NCBI RefSeq assembly: GCF_000803625.1
Contig: NZ_CP007496.1
Location: 660,001-692,000, forward strand
DNA: 32,000 nucleotides
Source of the DNA: Candidatus Nanosynbacter lyticus
GTDB taxonomy: Bacteria > Patescibacteriota > Saccharimonadia > Saccharimonadales > Saccharimonadaceae
Reading direction: 5' to 3'
The position numbers were made by a program, and so were the translations under genes. Within the stretch, counting starts at the first letter, position 1. Each line of letters starts with the position of its first letter. Under the pieces are notes generated by a model. It was not told where the DNA came from and did no database searches. It saw only the letters and a program-made list of their open reading frames with translations. Below are positions 6,598 through 13,149 of this stretch, piece by piece.

Positions 6598-8355
6598 TCA
6601 GCTATTCGGAATCGCTCTAGCTTGTCGGCCGCGCGCCACACACATCGCCACCACCAACATACCAACCAGCCGCGACACCAATGACGAGTCATCCGCAGCC
6701 GATTGAGTCGTTGTCACCACTCCCTCTTCTGGATTTAGCGGACTATCGTCTGACCATAAACCAAATGATGGATGGATATTCATCAGCAAATCATCACCAT
6801 TCGCTACATTTTCTTCGCCATTATAGACACAATCATCCAGAGCATCGTTAAGTTCTACTTGCTCTCCGGACAGGTTGATGCCTGATTTTATATCACTAAC
6901 ATCCATAATTACACTTTCAATTTTATCATCACTGCGCAGCAAATCGCTTTTTTCCGATGTTTTCACAAACCTAAATTCACACTTCTCACGAGGCACGGGA
7001 CATTCCTCTGGAATTTTCGCTGCCACCTCGTCCGACTCAATATCAGGTATTGTTTCGATAATCGATGAAGTGGAAATAGTTACTTGCTCCACTGGCTTAT
7101 AGTCATCAGTTTCTTCACGCACTGTAATGGTTTCTATTGGCAGCGCAATCGTCACTGCTTCAGCCGAAGACACTTCCGACTCTACTGCTGGCGACTCCTG
7201 CCGTTCGACAAAGAAAACCGTATCTTCTTCAGCCCAAAAATCATTATCCTTATCATGACTACGCTCTACCGCTACATTGTTATAGTCAAGTTGCTCAATT
7301 GACGATATCTGTGTATCAATGAAAATTTGATCCGCCGCCAATACGTCAATCTCCTCATTTGGAGGATTAACCTTAGCTTCATCAATTATTGCGGTATCAA
7401 CCAGCCGCTCATTATCAATACTGTCAGTCGATTCGACAAAATTATTATAATCCGGCGTCGCATCTAAGGATTCTGGTGTCGGTTTCTTGTTGTCATTATG
7501 CGCTGCGTCAGAAATAGCATCAATGACGTGTGACTTCACCTCTATTGAAGGACTACTCGCCTCTGCTGTTTCGGTAAAATGCCCTTCGCCAGAAATTTCG
7601 CTAGTACTTTCTGACAGAGCTTCCCCGGCATCTGTAGTATCGTCAGCGGCAATTTCTGGGGCTGTTTTTAACTCAAAGAATGGCGTTTCTACTGCTTCAG
7701 TATCCACATCCTCGCCCGAAGCTTCAACCGCCTGGTTAGTCGAAGTTTTATCTTCTCGTTCCTGCGATATGAGTTTCTCAGTTGACTTATTTGTTTTAGT
7801 TGTCAAATCTATGGGTTTTGCCTCTGCCAACACTAGCTCAGGCGCTTTTTTAATAATAGGCTCTTGATAATCGGTAGGCTCTGAATATCCCGCCATCACC
7901 AATTCCCCGCGTCCATTTTCATCCAGACTGTCGAGATCGTCTGGAGCTAGCAATCTCTCCAGATAACTTTCTTTTGGTGTTATTTCCATCAGATTAGGAA
8001 CCGCCTCTTCACCCGCAGAACTCATATCGTCAGATAGTTTATCCTGACTCTCTGATTCCTGTTTCACGGCTAACGCCTGAGGTTTTACACACTGGCTAAG
8101 AAATGGACAGCCAACACATGTCGCGCATGCTGTTTGACCAATTGACGCTGTTACTTCCCCAGTAGAAGGTAGCTCTTCTTCACCGCTAGCCACCGCCACC
8201 AAATCAAACTGCTCAACACTATCAGCCACCGTTTCGCCAATACCAAACAAAAGATCTTCACCACTGACACCATCTCTTAGCGACGAAAATACGTCAGAAT
8301 CATCACCGTCAATTCCTGTCGATGATAATTCTACGGTAGTCGTCGCCCCAATCAT
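6598..8355 (-). CDS. Hypothetical hyper-acidic protein, 585 aa, with an N-proximal CxxCxxCx5C cluster and a C-terminal hydrophobic anchor
   Basis: 1.76-kb uninterrupted ORF whose ATG overlaps the upstream FNR-like gene stop (ATGA, 8352-8355). It is D/E/S/T-rich throughout. Cys77/80/83/89 (CATCVGCPFLSQC) map to nt 8089-8127. The C-terminus is LVSRLVGMLVVAMCVARGRQAR. I recognise no family. Confidence 0.55.
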   Translation of the reverse strand: MIGATTTVELSSTGIDGDDSDVFSSLRDGVSGEDLLFGIGETVADSVEQFDLVAVASGEEELPSTGEVTASIGQTACATCVGCPFLSQCVKPQALAVKQESESQDKLSDDMSSAGEEAVPNLMEITPKESYLERLLAPDDLDSLDENGRGELVMAGYSEPTDYQEPIIKKAPELVLAEAKPIDLTTKTNKSTEKLISQEREDKTSTNQAVEASGEDVDTEAVETPFFELKTAPEIAADDTTDAGEALSESTSEISGEGHFTETAEASSPSIEVKSHVIDAISDAAHNDNKKPTPESLDATPDYNNFVESTDSIDNERLVDTAIIDEAKVNPPNEEIDVLAADQIFIDTQISSIEQLDYNNVAVERSHDKDNDFWAEEDTVFFVERQESPAVESEVSSAEAVTIALPIETITVREETDDYKPVEQVTISTSSIIETIPDIESDEVAAKIPEECPVPREKCEFRFVKTSEKSDLLRSDDKIESVIMDVSDIKSGINLSGEQVELNDALDDCVYNGEENVANGDDLLMNIHPSFGLWSDDSPLNPEEGVVTTTQSAADDSSLVSRLVGMLVVAMCVARGRQARAIPNS

Positions 8356-9014
8356 TGCTCAAAAAATGTCTCCGTTGAAATATGTGATTCATCGACACCG
8401 GCGGCGGTGAGTTTTTGCCAAACATCTCGTACAAATGGCAAGCTACCGCAGACCAGAAAGTGCACCTCACTCGGCACCTCACCAACAATGTTTGCTACCT
8501 CAAACCGCCCATTATACCAGCCATCTCGTTCCTCAACCTGCTGGCGGGTACTAAACTTTTTGACCGTAATATTCGACGCCGCTAACTCCTCAGAAAACAC
8601 CATATATTCTGGCGATTTTTGACTAAAATAGAGAAAGGTCGGCTGCTGGGTGTCTGCCAAAATACTCCAGATCGGACTCAGCCCGCACCCCGCAGCGATG
8701 CCAACCAGCGGCCGCTCGGTTTGCGGATTGAAATCGCCATATGACCGACTAATATGTAACGTATCGCCAACGCGGCGCGAACACAGATAGCTTGAGAATT
8801 CACCGCCAACATTTTTGACGGTAATTGACATCAGCTCCTCACTTGGGCGCGAGGAAATACTATAGGCCTTGCCTTCACGCACCTGGCTGCCCTCAATGAA
8901 CACCGTGATATATTGCCCCGCCATAAAGTCAAACGTTCGCGCAAAATACAGCGTTGTCACCTCAGGGTTTTCCTGGCGCACGCGCACAATTTCGACAGTT
9001 AGTGAATCACGCAT
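8352..9014 (-). CDS. FNR-like (ferredoxin reductase / PyrK-type) FAD/NAD(P)-binding oxidoreductase, 220 aa, with no Fe-S domain
   Basis: FAD-binding-like GKAYSISS and VKNVGGEFSSYL, NAD(P)-binding GIAAGCGLSPIWSIL, C-terminal FLVCGSLPF. The gene overlaps the nrdG stop by 16 nt. Confidence 0.7.
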   Translation of the reverse strand: MRDSLTVEIVRVRQENPEVTTLYFARTFDFMAGQYITVFIEGSQVREGKAYSISSRPSEELMSITVKNVGGEFSSYLCSRRVGDTLHISRSYGDFNPQTERPLVGIAAGCGLSPIWSILADTQQPTFLYFSQKSPEYMVFSEELAASNITVKKFSTRQQVEERDGWYNGRFEVANIVGEVPSEVHFLVCGSLPFVRDVWQKLTAAGVDESHISTETFFEQ

Positions 9015-9742
9015 TCTTCGACATACCTTTCCATTATTTTTTGGGCAGCTCTGAATTCCTCATCAGTAAAGGTGTGGTAGTTGGCAAATTTTGGACTAAT
9101 CGTCGTGCCAGTGCGAAAATGCTGCAGAGCAAATCGCTTGGCACCTTTAACAAGCTCACCAATCTTTTCAAAATCCGCCACCTCCAGCTGCTCGCGGACG
9201 ATCGTCGTCCGAAATTCATGACCAATCCCTGAATCAATCATCAGCCGCACATTGTCTTTGATCGCCGTGAGATCAATCGGCCGCGCCGCAATCTCCACGT
9301 ATTTTTCCAGCGGCCCCTTAACGTCCATGGCGATGAAGTCAATCGTCCCCTCCTCGACCATACCGCGCACCATGTCAGGATGCGTGCCGTTGGTATCCAG
9401 CTTGACATCAAAACCAAGACCCTTAATCATCCGACACAACACCGGCAAATCCTCATTGACCGTCGGCTCGCCACCAGAAATCACCACGCCGTCTAGCCGG
9501 CCAATACGCGATTTCAGAAAGATCATCGCCTCCTCGACCGGGATGCTCGGTGCCAACCGCTCAGGTAACACCAGCTCAGGATTGTGGCAATAGCCGCAGC
9601 GCATATTACAGCCAGAGAGAAACAGCGCTGCCGCCACGTGCCCGGGATAGTCCACCAGCGACAGCTTCTGAATCCCGCCAATCGCCACCTTAAGCTGGGA
9701 CAGCGACGGCGCAAGCTCGCTGATGTTCGGCGGCATCGTCAT
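8999..9742 (-). CDS. nrdG: Anaerobic ribonucleoside-triphosphate reductase activating protein (radical SAM), 247 aa
   Basis: Radical-SAM cluster motif CNMRCGYCHN and GGEPT. It lies immediately downstream of nrdD and overlaps it. SD GAGGGAG lies upstream of the ATG. Confidence 0.85.
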   Translation of the reverse strand: MTMPPNISELAPSLSQLKVAIGGIQKLSLVDYPGHVAAALFLSGCNMRCGYCHNPELVLPERLAPSIPVEEAMIFLKSRIGRLDGVVISGGEPTVNEDLPVLCRMIKGLGFDVKLDTNGTHPDMVRGMVEEGTIDFIAMDVKGPLEKYVEIAARPIDLTAIKDNVRLMIDSGIGHEFRTTIVREQLEVADFEKIGELVKGAKRFALQHFRTGTTISPKFANYHTFTDEEFRAAQKIMERYVEECVIH

Positions 9743-11819
9743 AATGCTCCCTCATGTCAAATTCAGCCTGCTTACCCTTGTTCCACTGAGAAACTGGGCG
9801 CAAGAAGCCAACCACACGTGAGTAAACTTCGGTCGTTTCATTACAATTTGGACATGTTGGATGTTCACCAACCAAGTAACCGTGATTCTTACAAATACTG
9901 AAGCTTGGGCTGAAGGTGAAGTATGGCAGTTTGTAATTTTCACAAATCGTTTTGACCAGTTTTTTCAGCGTCTGCGGATCATCCATGCGCTCACCCAGGA
10001 AGAAGTGAATCACCGTACCACCCGTGTACTTGGTCTGCAAATTATCCTGCAAATCCATCAGCTCAAACAGGTCGTCAGTGTAGTTGACCGGCAAGTGGCT
10101 GGAGTTGGTATAGAACGGATGCTTGACCGCCGCGCCGAGGCCATTGGCGAAGTGCGCTCGGTCAGGGAAGCTGGCCTTGTCGAGCTGCGCCAAGCGATAG
10201 GTCGTACCCTCAGCTGGCGTCGCCTCCAGGTTGTAGTTATTGCCCGTTTCTTTCTGGTATTCCACCAAGCGGTCGCGCATGAAATCAAGTGTTTTCTCGG
10301 CAAACGCCTTACCCTTTTCCGTGCCAATGTCAACACCCAGCAGGTTCAACGCCGCTTCGTTGGTGCCAATCAAACCAATGGTTGAGAAGTGATTTTTCCA
10401 GTATTGGTTAAATCGCTGCTTGATGTTGCGCAAGTAGAACTTGGTGTACGGGTAGAGGTTAGCGTCAGTCAATCGCTCCAGGACCTTGCGCTTAGTCTCC
10501 AGACTATCTTTCGCCATATCCATGAGTTCGCCTAGGCCCTTGAAAAACTCTTTCTCATTCTTCGACTTCAGTGCCAAACGTGGCAAGTTAATCGTCACCA
10601 CACCAACTGAACCAGTCATTGGGTTTGAGCCAAACAAGCCACCACCGCGATATTCCAGCTGGCGATTATCAATGCGCAAACGGCAGCACATTGAGCGCGC
10701 GTCTTCTGGATCCATATCAGAATTGATGAAATTCGAGAAGTACGGAATGCCATACTTGGCGCTGGCTTCCCACAGACTTTCAATCACTGGATTATCCCAG
10801 TTGAAATCCTTGGTAATATTAACCGTTGGGATTGGGAAGGTAAAGACGCGGCCGTTAGCATCACCCTCAGACAGCACCTCCAGCAGCGCCTTGTTGAGCA
10901 TATTCATCTCTTCTTGGTATTCGCCATAAGTGGAATCCTGCATTTCACCGCCGATTATCACTGGATTATCAGCCATGTGTTTTGGGCACTCGAGATCAAG
11001 CGTAATGTTGGTAAACGGTGTTTGGAAACCAACTCGTGTTGGCACATTAACATTAAAGACGAATTCTTGCAGCGCCTGCTTCACCTCGTCGTAGTTCAAT
11101 TTATCAGCGCGAATAAATGGCGCCAGCAGTGTATCAAAATCAGAAAATGCCTGAGCACCAGCTGCCTCACCCTGCAAGGTGTAGAAGAAGTTTACCACCT
11201 GGCCCAAGGCTGAGCGGAAATGCTTGGCTGGCTTGGAGGCCACCTTTCCAGCAACACCGGTAAAGCCTTCTTGCAACAGATCAGTTAAATCCCAACCAAC
11301 ACAGTAAACACTGAGGAGATTCAGGTCGTGAATGTGCAAATCACCCTCTTTGTGTGCCTGACCAATCTTTGGCGTGTAGATTTTGTCCAACCAGTAAGTT
11401 TTGGTAATTTCGGCTGAAACGTAATTGTTCAAACCCTGTAGGCTGTAGCCCATGTTGGAGTTTTCATTCACTTTCCAGTCCAAGTTGCCCAGGTATTTAT
11501 CAATTAAATCAATGTGCGATTCAGAGGTAATTTCACGTAATTTTTTGTGCTGGTCGCGGTAAATAATGTAGGCCTTGGCGGTCTTCTTAAACTTAGAATC
11601 AATCAAAATATCTTCGACAATGTCTTGGATATCTTCAACGCCCGGTAGACGTTTTTGGTTGCGAGCTTCCAACACCACCAGCACTTTCTCAGTTAGATCC
11701 TCGGCAGTTTTTTTATCAAATTCGCCAGTCTCCAGGCCGGCTTTTTCAATGGCTTTTTCGATTTTTTTGCGATCAAATTTGACGGTGCGACCATCACGTT
11801 TTTTGATTGATTTGTACAT
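9690..11819 (-). CDS. nrdD: Anaerobic (class III) ribonucleoside-triphosphate reductase NrdD, 709 aa from the SD-supported start
   Basis: N-terminal ATP-cone (MYKSIKKRDGRTVKFDRKKIEKAIEKAG), active-site SMCCRLR, C-terminal Zn-Cys CKNHG...CPNC, and the glycyl-radical segment SRVVGFLRP. A strong SD TAAGGAGGGG lies directly before ATG 11819, so the ORF-track start at 11888 is rejected. Confidence 0.93.
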   Translation of the reverse strand: MYKSIKKRDGRTVKFDRKKIEKAIEKAGLETGEFDKKTAEDLTEKVLVVLEARNQKRLPGVEDIQDIVEDILIDSKFKKTAKAYIIYRDQHKKLREITSESHIDLIDKYLGNLDWKVNENSNMGYSLQGLNNYVSAEITKTYWLDKIYTPKIGQAHKEGDLHIHDLNLLSVYCVGWDLTDLLQEGFTGVAGKVASKPAKHFRSALGQVVNFFYTLQGEAAGAQAFSDFDTLLAPFIRADKLNYDEVKQALQEFVFNVNVPTRVGFQTPFTNITLDLECPKHMADNPVIIGGEMQDSTYGEYQEEMNMLNKALLEVLSEGDANGRVFTFPIPTVNITKDFNWDNPVIESLWEASAKYGIPYFSNFINSDMDPEDARSMCCRLRIDNRQLEYRGGGLFGSNPMTGSVGVVTINLPRLALKSKNEKEFFKGLGELMDMAKDSLETKRKVLERLTDANLYPYTKFYLRNIKQRFNQYWKNHFSTIGLIGTNEAALNLLGVDIGTEKGKAFAEKTLDFMRDRLVEYQKETGNNYNLEATPAEGTTYRLAQLDKASFPDRAHFANGLGAAVKHPFYTNSSHLPVNYTDDLFELMDLQDNLQTKYTGGTVIHFFLGERMDDPQTLKKLVKTICENYKLPYFTFSPSFSICKNHGYLVGEHPTCPNCNETTEVYSRVVGFLRPVSQWNKGKQAEFDMREHYDDAAEHQRACAVAVPA

Positions 11820-11904
11820 ACCCCTCCTTATTATGACAACAACAAACAGGCCCCAATCTCCCCGAGGGGTGCGTGTTGCAAAAAACATTATTTATTTTCT
11901 AAAA

Positions 11905-11920
11905 ACACCATATATAGTGC
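11905..11920. promoter_or_regulatory. NrdR-box-like palindrome 1 (ACACCATATATAGTGC)
   Basis: 16-mer fitting the acaCwAtATaTwGtgt consensus as I recall it. Its centre is 32 bp from box 2, downstream of the predicted -10 of nrdD. Confidence 0.5.
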
Positions 11921-11929
11921 TTAATATAG

Positions 11930-11959
11930 AATATACACGCGATATATAGCGTATGTCAA
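11930..11959 (-). promoter_or_regulatory. sigma70-type promoter of nrdD (-35 TTGACA, 18-nt spacer, -10 TATATT)
   Basis: Minus strand: TTGACA = 11954-11959, TATATT = 11930-11935. This leaves a leader of about 100 nt to ATG 11819. Confidence 0.45.
11937..11952. promoter_or_regulatory. NrdR-box-like palindrome 2 (ACGCGATATATAGCGT)
   Basis: Near-perfect palindrome with a C-ATATAT-G core. It sits in the spacer between the predicted -35 and -10 of the nrdD promoter. Confidence 0.5.
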
Positions 11960-11994
11960 CGAAAATACATTGTATTATTTACATATATCAACTT

Positions 11995-13005
11995 CTATAC
12001 AGCTTGTAGTAGATCATAAGCGGTGGCCGCTGACAGCGCCTGCATTTGGCGAAGATTATCACCTGGCTTAAGCGGCGGTTTGAGGCTGCGGATAAGGAAA
12101 AAACCGACAAACGCTGCCAGCATTTCAGTATTGAGTTCATCTAGCCACGGCGCTACATCCTGTCCGTGGCGCGCCATATCGATTAGAAACTCCGTCGCTC
12201 CAGACCCCTGAGGTGCATAGGAAGCCCAGTTCCAATCAACCAATTTCAACTCACCAGTTTGCGGATGAAACGCCAAGTTATCACTGCGAACATCAGTGTG
12301 ATTAAAACAATCTTCTGGCTGTTTGGCGAAGTGTTTAGCATGTACCGAAATATCGGCTAATTCATCGCCCCTATTTAGTAACTCTATCATCTTCTGGCAG
12401 CGCCGCTGGTTGACTTCTGATTGCTCCGGTAATAATATTTGGTAATTATCGATCAGCTGACGGCGAATATCACCGTCAATAATAATCTGGTCAATGCCAT
12501 TATCCAAGCCAAGTTCTGTCACTGCAAATGATTGCAGTTGCAGCTCCTCAATAACCTCACGTGGTAAATCTGTTTTTTCCAGCTCGCGAACCGCCGCTAC
12601 CACCGCTAAAATGTATCGTTCTGCCACAGATTTTTCCTCTGGCGGTTGCCACAACCAGCCGTTGGCTGACGCATAACTGGTTGTCATCAGCACATATCCA
12701 TCATCACTTAGCGTAATCTGATCAGCCACATATTGCGGGTGAATTTCCTGCAACATCCGCATCACTTCATAATCTTTTTTCAGCCAGCCTAATTCCCGCT
12801 CGCCTTCGTCTGGCAACACATCAACATCAACTTCTTTGACAAAAATCGTCCGATCGCCCGCCGACACCAAGGCTCGGCGATTACGTGAAAAGCCACCACT
12901 GACTGACGTTACTCGCAGGCCAGAAGAGCCGATACCGAGTTCTGCTGCCGCACAATGCAGCGCTCTGTCGGTCAACAACTGTCTTTGATTAACTAAAGCC
13001 TCCAT
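11995..13005 (-). CDS. Phosphotransferase of the APH / choline-kinase-like family, 336 aa
   Basis: Catalytic-loop motif FNHTDVRSDN (HxDxxxxN) followed by LVDWNWA (metal-binding Asp). Substrate unknown. Confidence 0.7.
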   Translation of the reverse strand: MEALVNQRQLLTDRALHCAAAELGIGSSGLRVTSVSGGFSRNRRALVSAGDRTIFVKEVDVDVLPDEGERELGWLKKDYEVMRMLQEIHPQYVADQITLSDDGYVLMTTSYASANGWLWQPPEEKSVAERYILAVVAAVRELEKTDLPREVIEELQLQSFAVTELGLDNGIDQIIIDGDIRRQLIDNYQILLPEQSEVNQRRCQKMIELLNRGDELADISVHAKHFAKQPEDCFNHTDVRSDNLAFHPQTGELKLVDWNWASYAPQGSGATEFLIDMARHGQDVAPWLDELNTEMLAAFVGFFLIRSLKPPLKPGDNLRQMQALSAATAYDLLQAV

Positions 13006-13011
13006 GTAAAA

Positions 13012-13020
13012 ATTATATCA
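13012..13020 (-). promoter_or_regulatory. Extended -10 element TGATATAAT placed 6 nt from the kinase ATG (leaderless-type promoter)
   Basis: The minus strand reads TGATATAAT-TTTTAC-ATG(13005). There is no SD. Confidence 0.45.
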
Positions 13021-13091
13021 TTGATATTACTACTGTTGTCTCATTAACCTACTACTATCGACTCTCTTTTGTTATTGGGTTTATAGACTAC

Positions 13092-13120
13092 TTTACTTTC
13101 ATTAAGCTTATAGTTATAAT
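13092..13120 (+). promoter_or_regulatory. Candidate promoter of the GH16 gene (-35 TTTACT, 17-nt spacer, -10 TATAAT)
   Basis: TTTACT = 13092-13097, TATAAT = 13115-13120. It is followed by SD GGGGGAG and ATG 13150. Confidence 0.35.
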
Positions 13121-13149
13121 ATCTGTGAATACATATATAGGGGGAGAAA

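Noticed and set aside
7487-7867. 126-aa plus-strand ORF, and several 60-75-aa ORFs, antisense to the acidic-protein gene.
   Set aside because: The Ser/Ala/Val-rich translation is the mirror image of the D/E/T/S-rich codons on the other strand. There are no start signals. The minus-strand ORF is 4-5 times longer and is translationally coupled to its neighbour.
8158-8172. LPSTG (aa 62-66), and LSSTG at aa 10-14, in the acidic protein resemble a sortase LPXTG motif.
   Set aside because: They lie at the N-terminus with no following hydrophobic helix or basic tail. The protein has no signal peptide. The C-terminal hydrophobic tail is about 500 aa away and is not preceded by LPXTG. Judged coincidental.
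9861-10929. ORF-track ORFs on the plus strand inside nrdD (9861-10385, 174 aa; 10486-10929, 147 aa; also 10058-10336, 10914-11213 and 11575-11949).
   Set aside because: They lie antisense or out of frame within a gene whose product is recognisable along its whole length. Their translations are low-complexity (R/S/L-rich) with no motifs, and they have no SD or promoter. Treated as shadow ORFs.
11820-11888. ORF-track N-terminal extension of nrdD (MFFATRTPRGDWGLFVVVIIRRG...).
   Set aside because: A strong SD (TAAGGAGGGG) sits directly before ATG 11819, and the ATP-cone begins there. The extension covers the GC-rich leader and has no RBS.
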